Source of the DNA: Eledone cirrhosa
Lineage: Eukaryota
Assembly: GCA_964016885.1 (NCBI GenBank)
Contig: OZ024748.1
Span: 24,986,001-25,050,000 of the forward strand
Direction of reading: 5' to 3'
Length of the DNA: 64,000 nucleotides
The notes under the pieces were generated by a model. It saw only the letters and a program-made list of their open reading frames with translations, ran no database searches and had not been told where the DNA came from. Made by a program: the position numbers and the translations under genes. This document shows, piece after piece, positions 12,001-23,148 of this stretch; the stretch's first letter is position 1, and every line of letters starts with the position of its first letter.

Positions 12001-12433
12001 TGCCGTCAGCCGGGCATGTCCGAGATGCGCGCAGGGCGACGAAACCGTCCTGCACGCACTCGTCCAGTGTCCGAAAATTGCTGACTTGTGGGTTTATGTC
12101 GAACACCTGCTGTCGCGTTTAGGACGGATCCAGCTATCATCTGAGTCTATCGTGAGGATTGCCCCGCCCTCCTCCTTTAGCCGGGAAGGGCAGGCAGTTT
12201 TTATCTGTCTGGTGGCCATGGCGAAAGAGATAGTATGGTGGACACGTTTGAAAGGGCTGAAGACGAGCACTTACCTCTTCGGTGATGCTCTGATTGACTT
12301 TTTCAAATTTCATTTGAAAAGGAAAATCAGAGTAGAGAAGGAAGTGCTCTCTTCCCAGCATTTTGTTGAAAGATGGGTGAGAGAAGCAAGAATGGCCCGA
12401 GTGAATGGGCCGACTCTGAGTATATATCTGTAA
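9014..12433 (+). CDS. LINE ORF2: APE + RT + CCHC, 1139 aa, intact
   Basis: SINARGL, GDWN, YLDR, TDH, RQGCPLS, YADD, CPRC..H..C; colinear with 770-4189. Confidence 0.97.
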   Translation: MTSLRIGSINARGLGSSWKQGHLLNDLRSLNIDVVAISETRISEARAFAPIFGGYDVYASPSRPGSGGGVAVLFRRGLDLAIRAIFLDPEGKLVVLDVTSGDGQAFRLVAVYAPTGAGRPDFFRRLETFLGTSRSLVLVGDWNGILDARWDCVGLADRGGGCKSLTNLLRRFELSDRYRLDFPNVPMWTWTNRIGSSRSYLDRVFCREIDRSSIGCPQFKIVSYTDHKFVTCVLDLDRLHRRGPGYWKLNASLPARKAYRDRISELVKRALTGAIVNNKWWFALKRAIRIESIRFSKALAIEKNRAEGELVRKLDEALSKGIATDVLAAKLALDQFFNAKHEGCVVRARVRALRHEGTKAVQWARVAEARRGNKATIRSLVDHDGRMLLDPGQMCEAFQRHFAQLFGGSGGPGRGMDFSVYLDGLPRLSATEAKCCEKPITAAEVLEAMTGCTRGKSPGLDGLPYELYVQMPDLFGGLLADVYCNWQQNGRIPSSVSRGAVALLRKDPNKGDNIDNFRPITLLNTEFKILAKVLAKRLALVVGGLVGEAQTCAIPDRSIHDNLHLMRYIVERVAREPGTGGSLINLDQSKAFDRVDHRYLAAVLRAAGFGPVFRGWIAAMHSDICSVVRVNGHLSEPFNIMRSVRQGCPLSSLLYVLTLEPLLHKLETLRGVPRELGCGRSVSAYADDVTVVVSNAKHIEAIGTTLREYEAVTGAMINQEKSVGLQLGTWRGRSMPSNSVVGRWTDGPVKLLGVWFGPDLQTDKNWDEVTSRVASLTQKWAERKLSLKGRAEVANAYIASVICYRLTVVPCPKPRLTALERLLFRFLWKGRAPMVRRSICCQHPLRGGLGMPWLMMRRHALRLRHLHLFLDGDQVWSPFARRVFPQLVSLTELQSWVKRRPRGSAWRLECLQALTALDQSGNVIGGNSTSAFYRGLVEGKSDDVLGETLGVDENQLANLFGRTFGPGPMDNFQKSLAWQCYRGALPVRDKLYRHGGAVSRACPRCAQGDETVLHALVQCPKIADLWVYVEHLLSRLGRIQLSSESIVRIAPPSSFSREGQAVFICLVAMAKEIVWWTRLKGLKTSTYLFGDALIDFFKFHLKRKIRVEKEVLSSQHFVERWVREARMARVNGPTLSIYL

Positions 12434-12694
12434 ACTAAAGGTGGAAAACTGGGAGAGGGCACTTGCCTTGGTGGTCAGGGTCATTGTGGCTTTTTACTGG
12501 GCTTTCTCCACAAATGTCCCTCCGAAGTCTCCCCCCTATTGGGGAATTTTTCATTGTTATTTTCATTGTTATTTTTGTTACATCCTCTGTTTTTGTTTTT
12601 TTTACACGCAGAAATGCCCATTTGTACCGTCCTGCATTGTCCTGCACTGTCCTTAATGTCTACTTTATGTAAACCCTTGTGGTTAATAAAGAAA

Positions 12695-12761
<67 letters not shown>

Positions 12762-12762
<1 letters not shown>

Positions 12763-12895
12763 AATCCCGCCGAGGTTAACTTTGCCTTTCATCCTTCCGG
12801 GGTCGATAGAATAAAGTACCAGTAATGCATTGGATAATTGCTGGCCTTGTGCCAAAAAGTAGAAACAATTATTATTATTATTATTATTATTATTA
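12762..12895 (+). mobile_element. SINE family 1, 3' half with ATT tail
   Basis: AATCCCGCCGAGGTTAACTTTGCCTTTCATCC...GTGCCAAAAAGTAGAAACAATT(ATT)n. Confidence 0.85.
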
Positions 12896-13145
12896 TCTGG
12901 CTTATGCTCATACTACTTCTCAAAATGCGGTAAATTATTTAGTTTGCATAAATGCCAGTGAATCACCTTTCCTATTATATCGTGCCTCCAGCCTTTATAG
13001 TGAGTCTGGGCTAGGTGTTTACACTCAGATATGATGTGAGCCACAGTTTCCTCTCTCTCTCCACAGATCCTAGAGAGTAGGCTAGCCTCCTCCTTGTCAA
13101 TATGGTGTTTCACCCACTTCGTTCTGTTCTTGTGCAGCCAGTAGC
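12896..13145 (-). mobile_element. RLE-type (Dong/R4-like) LINE fragment, CCHC finger and RHD motif
   Basis: ORF 12913-13113: RICGEREETVAHIISECKHLA...YKGWRHDIIGKVIHWHLC. Confidence 0.75.
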
Positions 13146-13469
13146 ATTCCCTCTAGCTTTTTTAAGGTCACATTTTTTTAACCAGCCTCATGTCTGGATC
13201 TCTGAATGTTGTGACCAATAAGTATTATAGTATAGAACACATATGTCCTGATTTGTGGCGGAGTGGGGGAGTGGTGTGGAGGATTCGTGTATTAGATCCC
13301 CCCCCCCCCCCCTGCAACCAATAGATATTATTGTATAGAACACATATGACGTTCTATAGACTTACCACTTATTCAAGGTCAGCAAACACAATTCCTGACA
13401 CACTATCAGTCTTTCATTGAAGAGCTTTCGTTGTAGATGTTGGTCGCTAATACAAGGAAGCGGCATGTA

Positions 13470-13491
13470 TATCTCTCTCTCTCGCTCTCTC

Positions 13492-13522
<31 letters not shown>

Positions 13523-13892
13523 ATCGCTCTCTCTCTATCGCTCTCTCTCTATCGCTCTCTCTCTATCGCTCTGTCTCTCCCTCTCTTAATCTCTCACACT
13601 CACTCTCTCTCTCTCCCTCTCTTAATCTGTTTCACTCTCTCTCCTCTCTCCCTCTTGCTCCACCATGAATCTCTCTCTCTCTCTTCCGTTACCTTCAAGT
13701 GAAAATCATTGTTTCTTTTTATCTATGTAACGAAAAAAAGATCAATATTTCGAAATTCGTTGTGACCTTTCCAGTGCAGAAATCGATATTTAAAAAAATT
13801 TGATTTGACCTTTACTGAACAGATCAAGAAAGAGGAACGAGATCAGATGAACACTAATGAATACTGCACACATACATACACACACACATACG

Positions 13893-13927
<35 letters not shown>

Positions 13928-14326
13928 TCACTCCCATACATACGAACATACACACACTCGTACACAAGCACATTTATACACACGCACATACACACATACA
14001 CAGACATACACATACATATACATATACACATGCACATACACACATGTACACGTATGCACTCACACTATTACATGCGTACTCACACAAATACACACACACA
14101 CATATATATATATATGTGTGTATGTATGTGTGTGTGTGTATGCGTGTGTATGCGTGTGCGTGCGTGTGTGTGCGCGCGTGTGTGTGTGTGTGTGTATGTA
14201 TGTGTGTGTGTGTGTGTTTTACGGAAAATCAAAATATTTGCGCTAGATATATTTGATTATAAATATGCAGCATACGGAATTTAGCAATACCCAATATCCG
14301 GCTTTCGAGAAAAACTTGAATTTACC

Positions 14327-14416
<90 letters not shown>

Positions 14417-14445
14417 TATATATATGTATATGTATATATATATCA
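13470..14445. repeat. (CT)n, (CA)n and (TG)n microsatellite cluster
   Basis: Direct inspection. Confidence 0.9.
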
Positions 14446-15149
14446 GATTTTTTAAATATTTCCATCATTTCAAAAGATTCTGTGATATTTAAAATTAGAG
14501 CTGAGAACGCTGAAGGCATTGAGTTAAATATGGTTAAAATTATATTCTCTGAATTGAACACATAATAACCCAATTGATATTATCGGAAATTTTACTGAAA
14601 TAGTCATTGATTTTGGCGTTGGTGATTTCGTTTTGAAATTTTATTTAATTCGGCCATAGAAACAAAAACATAAAGAAATAAACAATAAAAGTTATAAGTT
14701 TTAAAATAACCACATTTCATTAATGAAAGATATAAATTGAAATTTATTTCTTCGCATAATAGAATTTATTATTGAACAAAAGTACAGAATAATGAAAGTA
14801 GTTTTGTTTTTAATCGATTAAAATATTAAACAGGGAGAGAGAGAAAGAGAAAAAATACAATAATGAAAACAAGTGAATGTGGAAAGGGAGGGACACATTC
14901 TAGACCCATAACTAGGGAGTTTATCTCAGCTGTGCCCTACTGACATGATGGTGAAAATATTGCCATGGAGAACAGCCAGCGACATCCACTGCATCGACAT
15001 TCCACAGTCTGAGTTCAAATTCTTGCACATACAAACACATATATTATTACAAACACAGACATATGCAGATATCATCACACACATACATGCATATATCATC
15101 ACACAGACATATGCATATATCATCACACACACATATGCATATATCATCA

Positions 15150-16232
15150 CACAAACTTACAGAAACTTACAGAACCTCAATACTGTGCTTTATCGAGGAT
15201 TGCTTTACTGATAGATCCGATGTCCGAGCGTGTAGGGTTAATCAGTCTAACCGACGGTTTGTTAAGGTAATTTCTCTTGTGGTCCTTAAGGGTAAACTGC
15301 GGGGTTTTAACCCTCAATGGTTCATTCCGGTCTTCTATTTTAAGGGACTTTGCAATCTCTTTACCAACTATATTGGTATCAACCAATGCCATCTCGTCCA
15401 CTTTTTTATGTAAGTGGGCGTGATTGTATTTTTTGTCAGCTTCTTGTAGGTCGGTAAGTCCACCTCATAAACATTTTTGGTTTTATTAGAGGGGACATGG
15501 GGTTTGGGGGAACTTTTCATTTTCAGCATTTCGTCTTTTAAATAGGCCTGGAATGGTGTGTTGGCTCTACGAAAATGTATGTCTCTGATCATTTTGAAGA
15601 AGTCTTCCTCAAATGGTTCAAGTAGGCTGTTGGTGGGTGGCGCCTTATTCGTTTTGAAACCGAACTTATCATTGGTAGATGCTACATCAGGGTGGTCGAA
15701 GAAGAAGGTTCTCCATCTAATACGCTTAATGAACTCGTCTGTACCCCTGATAAGAGAACTGTTTCATTGGTGGGATCGGGATATTCTTCACGGAGATATC
15801 GATGTCGGGTTTGGTTAGCGTGGTTTCTTATTTATGGTTAAGAGGGGCACGGTAAGGTGCTAAAAGATGTGTATATCTCGGGTTCAGTCGGGGGTAACCA
15901 CAGTAAGTAAGGTACTCAATACATAGCAGAGTATAAATATTTAATATAGAGATGGCTTCTACAGGACTACAACTGTTTCATTCAAGGGAAATCATCGGGA
16001 AAGCCGGCTGTCAATGTGATATGGTGGTATTTATATATTTTCTGTTGGTAGGGGAAGGTGGTCATTCTTTAAATCCATCAGCCAATGACCTCCACCCATG
16101 CCAATCACCACCTTCCCCTACCACCAGAAAATATATAAATACCACCATGTCACATTGACAGCCGGCTTTCCTGGTGATTTCCCTTGAATGAAACAGTTCT
16201 AGTCCTGTAGAAGCCATTTCAATATTAAATAT
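15150..16232 (-). mobile_element. Penelope-like element remnant: inverted pLTR pair with hammerhead motif plus frameshifted N-terminal/RT region
   Basis: Minus-strand peptides SVKNIPIP, FIKRIRWRTFFF, FGFK, FEEDFFKMIRDIHFR, VPSNKTKNVY, TLKDHK..PSVRLINP..DIGSISKAILDK; inverted repeat ~15935-16232. Confidence 0.8.
16164..16215 (+). ncRNA. Type I hammerhead motif, family A, core mutated (CTGGTGA); mirror copy at ~15954-16005 has CCGATGA
   Basis: GGCTTTC-CTGGTGA-TTTC cctt GAAT-GAAA-CAG ttctagtc CTG-TA-GAAGCC. Confidence 0.6.
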
Positions 16233-16297
16233 TTATATATATATATATATAAAAATGTATTTATGTATGTATGTATGAATGTATGTATGAATGTATG

Positions 16298-16393
<96 letters not shown>

Positions 16394-16403
16394 CATACAT
16401 ACA

Positions 16404-16497
<94 letters not shown>

Positions 16498-16539
16498 ACG
16501 TCGAAACGGCTTGAGCTCTGCCGTCGGGGTCAAACATTT

Positions 16540-16609
<70 letters not shown>

Positions 16610-16670
16610 GGAGATACATATATGCATACACACTCACATACATACATACATACATACATACATACATACA

Positions 16671-16704
<34 letters not shown>

Positions 16705-17203
16705 GAGAGAAATTTAAATTCTCCAAAACTTATAAATATTTCTTGACATTAATCGTTAAGTATTTAAATATTTATAATTTATGTGTCATCAATATAACTG
16801 AAAAATTTACCAAATTAAAAATAAAAACTTTTTCTTTCCAATACGTATACAAAGATTTCTTTGTAGTATGCAGTCTTTAAAACTAATAGTTTCATACCAG
16901 TTATATCATGGTTGCTTACAGTTTTTCTCATTTATTTGGCATTGCCAAAATATTTTTTTGTCTTCATTATTGATCTGGAATAGACTGAGAACGTTGCGAA
17001 AAACGATTTTTAAAGAGCAAAGGTTGGTGGTATTGTTATCAACTGAGTCTAGTTCCTTCGCCTTAGATAATCCATTCTTCGGTATGTTTAAACTACTTTC
17101 AAGATTATCCTGTCTATTTCTTTCTTTCTCTTTTCTCCTCTTTTCGTTCGCCAAATAAAATAAAAAATGGAGAAAAAAGAAAAGGTGAGAGAGAAAAGGT
17201 GAT

Positions 17204-17257
<54 letters not shown>

Positions 17258-17884
17258 CACATATATATATATATAACACTTAGCTTTCATTCTATCTTGT
17301 CTCTACTTGAGGTCTATTTCTCTTTCATTCCAACTCCGTAATTTCCTTCACCTTTTTCCCCTTGTCCTTTCTTCTCTCTGATTTTATTCCAACGCAGTAG
17401 AAGTAGTTTGCTTTATAAAATTCTTCCATCAACAAAGGATCACAAATATATTACTTATAAACATTCTATAACTCAGTTATTCTCTTTTCATAATTTTCGG
17501 CTTCTTTCTTTTTCCAAGAAACATTATTATGGAGGGGATTAGAAGAACAGAATCTTATTTTTTTAGTTTTATTTTCAATGATAAGATCTAGATAGAATAT
17601 ACACATGAGCGAATAGATTGTTGTATGCACTAAGTATAAATCAATATTAGAACCAACGAAGGAGTTTCTAAGTGATTACTCGAATTGCTAGAGATAGCAG
17701 CCAAATTTCGTTAAAATCCTTCTTTACAGAAGGATGACGCGTTATATAATGTAGTTCTATGATAAACCCTTTCTTTATTCTGTTCCCTAGGGCATGAGGT
17801 GGCATGTGTTTGGGGTTCTGCAAGTGGCAGAAGCTTCCTTCCACATTGTATAAGAATATATCTTTGTAGTAGTGATGGTGGTAC

Positions 17885-17971
<87 letters not shown>

Positions 17972-18148
17972 GTATATATTTATATATGTATATATATATA
18001 TTAATATATATGTAATATATATATGTATATACATATATATATATACACACACATATATATATATATATATTATATATACATATACATATATATATATATT
18101 ATATATATATATATACATATATATATATGTATATATATAAACATACAT

Positions 18149-18181
<33 letters not shown>

Positions 18182-18188
<7 letters not shown>

Positions 18189-18382
18189 GGAGCTTCTACA
18201 GGACTAGCACTGTTTCATTCAGATGAAATCTTCAGGAAGCAGATGAGCTTCCTGAAGATTTCATCTGAATGAAACAGTGCTAGTCCTGTAGAAGCTCCTT
18301 CTATAAAATAAAAAATGTTTACTCTGCCATGTATTGAGTACCTTACTTACTGTGGTTTTCCCCGACTCAACCCGGGACCTAC
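18182..18382 (+). mobile_element. Palindromic pLTR-derived mini-element (family A) in (TA)n
   Basis: Inverted repeat 18182-18305 plus the GTATTGAGTACCTTACTTACTGTGG tail shared with 15880-15950. Confidence 0.8.
18245..18297 (+). ncRNA. Type I hammerhead ribozyme motif, family A, intact core
   Basis: Stem I GAGCTTC/GAAGCTC, CTGAAGA, stem II TTC-atct-GAA, GAAA, stem III ACAG/CTGT, cleavage triplet GTA. Confidence 0.75.
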
Positions 18383-18383
18383 G

Positions 18384-18445
<62 letters not shown>

Positions 18446-18562
18446 CATATACACATATATATATATATATATATATCCACTCTGTTTATTCCCATGCATA
18501 GAATATTCCCCTGATATGTGGTCTCCTCGGTCTCACCATCGCAGACTCCCCCCCCCTCTCTC

Positions 18563-18627
<65 letters not shown>

Positions 18628-18632
18628 ACACG

Positions 18633-18663
<31 letters not shown>

Positions 18664-18732
18664 GAATATGTATATTATATATATATATATACACAAATAA
18701 TATAAGTTTCCCCTGATACACCACTTCTATAA

Positions 18733-18791
18733 CTACTCATCTACTCCTACTACCACTCCTACTACTACTCCTCCTCCTCCTCCTCCTCCTC

Positions 18792-18855
<64 letters not shown>

Positions 18856-18871
18856 TACCACCACCACCACC

Positions 18872-18918
<47 letters not shown>

Positions 18919-18931
18919 CACCACCACCACC

Positions 18932-18986
<55 letters not shown>

Positions 18987-18989
18987 TCA

Positions 18990-19044
<55 letters not shown>

Positions 19045-19151
19045 CAACCACCACCACCACCACCACCACCACCACCACCACCACCACCACCACCACCACT
19101 ACTACTACCACTACCACCACCACCACCACCACTACACCACCACCACCACCA

Positions 19152-19218
<67 letters not shown>

Positions 19219-19294
19219 CACCACCACCACCACCACCACCACCACCACCACCACCACCACCACCACCACCACCACCACCACCACCACCACCACC

Positions 19295-19326
<32 letters not shown>

Positions 19327-19328
19327 CT
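18733..19328. repeat. (CTA)n/(CCA)n/(CCT)n compound trinucleotide repeat
   Basis: Direct inspection. Confidence 0.95.
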
Positions 19329-19728
19329 TAAACCAACAGTGATAGTTCTATAAAACCTAGACATTCACATGAAACAAGATGTCTGATGTTCCAGTCATGT
19401 CAGCTTGAAGCATTAATGAAAGTATCATGAAGATAAAAAAAAAATGATTTCGTTTTCTGATTAAATATTTAAAAAATTGATTCTTTTTGAAATAATTGCT
19501 TGAATCCGTCCTAATTTATAACTGGTATTTTTTTATCAACCCCAAAGGCATAAAAGTTGTCAAGTCCCGTGGGATTTAAATTCCATCGAAGAGGAGAGCA
19601 ATGTCTGCTCTTGGATGGAATATTTCTGTCAACCTCTGCATTGAAATTAGAATTCTTAAAAATAAAATATTCTAGGACACAACAAAGTCCTTTTTTATTA
19701 AATGGCATGCACACACACACACACACGC

Positions 19729-19791
<63 letters not shown>

Positions 19792-20067
19792 CAATGCATA
19801 CAAGCAGCACACGCATATACACACAACGCACACACACATACGACACGCATACAACTCATACATACACACACGCACAGATAAAACTCATATATACACATAC
19901 GCACACATTCAACTCATGCATACACCCCACACACACATACAATGCATACATACACACACACTCACATACAACGTACATATACTGTCCCCCCCCCCCCACA
20001 CACACATACAATGCTTACATACACACACTCGCATACAACTCATACATACACACACTCACACAATACA

Positions 20068-20252
20068 TTGTTTCTACTTTTGGCACAAGGCCAGCAATTA
20101 TTCCAGCGTATTACTGGTACTTTATTTTATCGCCCCATAAGGATGAAAGGCAAAGTTAACCTCGGCGGGATTTGAACTCAGACCATAAAAGACCGTAACT
20201 CTATGCTGCAAGACATGGTGTCTGACCCTCTATCGATACTGCCAATCTACCA
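20068..20252 (-). mobile_element. SINE family 1
   Basis: Reverse complement of the family core; ends ~30 nt before the receptor exon acceptor. Confidence 0.85.
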
Positions 20253-20283
20253 AAATAATGTCTAACATCTTCAATATTTTCAG

Positions 20284-20429
20284 TGTGTTGTAGTGGCCGA
20301 ATTCCCGATGAGCAGCGACTGTACAGAGATTTGATGACTGGTTATGAAAAATCCGTTCGTCCCGTTATAAATGCATCCACCATATTGTTAGTTCGCTTTG
20401 GTTTAAGGTTAAACCAAATTGTAGACCTG
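20284..20429 (+). CDS. Cys-loop receptor (nAChR alpha9/10-like) first visible coding exon, 146 bp
   Basis: ttttcag acceptor, gtatgt donor; CCSGRIPDEQRLYRDLMTGYEKSVRPVINASTILLVRFGLRLNQIVDL; starts phase 1, ends phase 0. Confidence 0.93.
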
Positions 20430-20721
20430 GTATGTATGCTATTTCTATCTCCGTTTCTTCTTTTTTACAGAACTGTCGCCCAATAAACAAAGAAGGTCAC
20501 TTTATTAATATAATACTTTTACACTGCATTCATGTTTTTATTTTTGTTTTTAATATGTTTTTTAAATCAAAGAAGACAAGTTTTTTCTTCTGCAAATGTT
20601 GTTTCCTGTGAAAGTAATATTCAATTTGAATATATGATAGCTGTAAATAGTGGAATGATATTGTATCGGAATAGAAGTCAAACAGTCGGAGAAATAATGT
20701 TCAGTATAGCGTCACTGACAA

Positions 20722-21120
20722 TAATTGTTTCTACTTTTGGCACAAGGCCAGCAATTACCCAGTGCATTACTGGTACTTTATTTTATCGACCCCGTAAGGA
20801 TGAAAGACAAAGTTAACCTCGGCGGTATTTGAACTCAGAATGGCAAGGGCCGTAACTCTATGCGTTAAAGCATGGCGTCCGACCCTCTACCGATACTGCC
20901 AGTCCAAATAATGGTTTCTAATTTAGACACCTAGCCAGCAAGATGGGGAAAGGAAAGTGGATTATATCGATCCCAATTCTTGGTACTTTATTTTATCAAC
21001 CGTGGAAGGAAGAAAGGTATAGTTGACCTCGGTGGGATTTGAACTCAGAATGTAAAGAGTCAGAACAAATATTGTTACACATTTGTCCGAAGCTCTACTG
21101 AATCTACCAATCCATCACCA
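20722..21120 (-). mobile_element. Two tandem SINE family 1 copies
   Basis: Two successive GGTACTTTATTTTATC...GTTAACCTCGGCGG..TTTGAACTCAGAATG blocks. Confidence 0.85.
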
Positions 21121-21324
21121 ATAATACTTGTAAATAGGGAACCTGACTTTTTTAACAAATGGTTTGTTTAAAAGTAGTTGGTTGCCACACTAGTTACAGC
21201 ATCGGCTCAAATGCCTTGCGGTATTCATTTCCAGCCTTTTCAAATCCTTAATCCAAACCAAATCCTTAATCCAAACCAAATATACCTCACAATACACTAC
21301 AGTTGCTACATATACCATACTCTA

Positions 21325-22290
21325 CAGTTAAGGAGTTCACTTCACAATCATTAGGTCCCGGGTTTGATCCCACAGCATGACAACTTAGGTAAGTATCATA
21401 TACCATAGCGAAATTGAGTAGATGGAAACTGTTTGGAAACTCGTTAGATGGTCTGTACCTGTAATTCACAACGGCCAGTCACGTCAGATATACTGTACCT
21501 GTAATTCACAACGGCCAGTCACGTCAGATATACTGTACCTGTAATTCACAACGGCCAGTCATGTCAGATATACTGTACCTGTAATTCACAACGGCCAGTC
21601 ATGTCAGATATACTGTACCTGTAATTCACAACGGCCAGTCATGTCAGATATACTGTACCTGTAATTCACAACGGCCAGTCACGTCAGATATACTGTACCT
21701 GTAATTCACAACGGCCAGTCACGTCAGATATACTGTACCTGTAATTCACAACGGTCAGTCACGTCAGATATACTGTACCTGTAATTCACAACGGCCAGTC
21801 ACGTCAGATATACTGTACCTGTAATTCACAACGGCCAGTCACGTCAGATATACTGTACCTGTAATTCACAACGGCCAGTCATGTCAGATATACTGTACCT
21901 GTAATTCACAACGACCAGTCATGTCAGATATACTGTACCTGTAATTCACAACGGCCAGTCACGTCAGATATACTGTACCTGTAATTCACAACGGCCAGTC
22001 ATGTCAGATACACTGTACCTGTAATTCACAACGGCCAGTCATGTCAGATATAATGTACCTGTAATTCACAACGGCAAGTCATGTCACAGATATACTGTAC
22101 CTGTAATTCACAACGGCAAGTCCTGTCACAGATACACTGTGTCACGTTGACTTTCCCTGAGAATTACATTAAAGGTACACGTGTTTGTGGATTGCTCAGC
22201 TACTTACAGGTTAAGTTGATGAGCCGGCTGTTCCGTTGATCAAACAACCGAAACACTGTTCGTCGACACGGACAGAGGTCTATGGTGTAA
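21325..22290 (+). mobile_element. tRNA-derived SINE (family 2) interrupted by a 40-bp array
   Basis: B-box-like GGTTTGATCCC near 21361; non-repetitive body resumes at 22140-22270. Confidence 0.5.
21453..22140. repeat. 40-bp minisatellite, ~17 copies
   Basis: Unit CTGTACCTGTAATTCACAACGGCCAGTCAYGTCAGATATA. Confidence 0.95.
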
Positions 22291-23148
22291 CCACTAGCCA
22301 GACTTGTGTTAATTATGACACCGACAGAGGTCTCTGGTGTAACCACTAGCCAGACTTGTGTTAATTATGACACCGACAGAGGTCTATGGTGTAACCACTA
22401 GCCAGACTTGTGTTAATTATGACACCGACAGAGGTCTCTGGTGTAACCACTAGCCAGACTTGTGTTAATTATGACACCGACAGAGGTCTCTGGTGTAACC
22501 ACTAGCCAGACTTGTGTTAATTATGACACCGACAGAGGTCTCTGGTGTAACCACTAGCCAGACTTGTGTTAATTATGACACCGACAGAGGTCTATGGTGT
22601 AACCACTAGCCAGACTTGTGTTAATTATGACACCGACAGAGGTCTCTGGTGTAACCACTAGCCAGACTTGTGTTAATTATGACACCGACAGAGGTCTCTG
22701 GTGTAACCACTAGCCAGACTTGTGTTAATTATGACACCGACAGAGGTCTATGGTGTAACCACTAGCCAGACTTGTGTTAATTATGACACCGACAGAGGTC
22801 TCTGGTGTAACCACTAGCCAGACTTGTGTTAATTATGACACCGACAGAGGTCTCTGGTGTAACCACTAGCCAGACTTGTGTTAATTATGACACCGACAGA
22901 GGTCTCTGGTGTAACCACTAGCCAGACTTGTGTTAATTATGACACCGACAGAGGTCTATGGTGTAACCAGTAGCCAGACTTGTGTTAATTATGACACCGA
23001 CAGAGGTCTCTGGTGTAACCACTAGCCAGACTTGTGTTAATTATGACACCGACAGAGGTCTATGGTGTAACCAGTAGCCAGACTTGTGTTAATTATGACA
23101 CCGACAGAGGTCTCTGGTGTAACCACTAGCCAGACTTGTGTTAATTAT
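22265..23148. repeat. 52-bp minisatellite, ~17 copies
   Basis: Unit GACACCGACAGAGGTCTMTGGTGTAACCACTAGCCAGACTTGTGTTAATTAT; period checked 22421 to 22473. Confidence 0.95.

Larger units (their letters stand above)
6669..12760 (+). mobile_element. Tx1/L1-clade LINE, copy B, apparently full length (~6.0 kb) between two (ATT)n tracts
   Basis: ~215-nt 5' UTR, ORF1, 35-nt spacer, ORF2, 3' UTR, GTGGTTAATAAAGAAATC, (ATT)~21. Confidence 0.93.

Noticed and set aside
1540-12484. Antisense and alternate-frame ORFs within the LINE ORF2s, some recurring in both copies
   Set aside because: Expected shadows of a GC-rich conserved coding frame; no independent motifs
16868-17081. Candidate receptor exon 1 (ATG ORF ending TTC G|gtatgt, phase 1)
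   Set aside because: Phase fits, but the 71-aa peptide lacks a signal-peptide hydrophobic core next to the junction; unsupported without cDNA
21453-23148. CRISPR-like appearance of the 40-bp and 52-bp arrays
   Set aside because: Units are contiguous with no unique spacers, no cas genes, eukaryotic context
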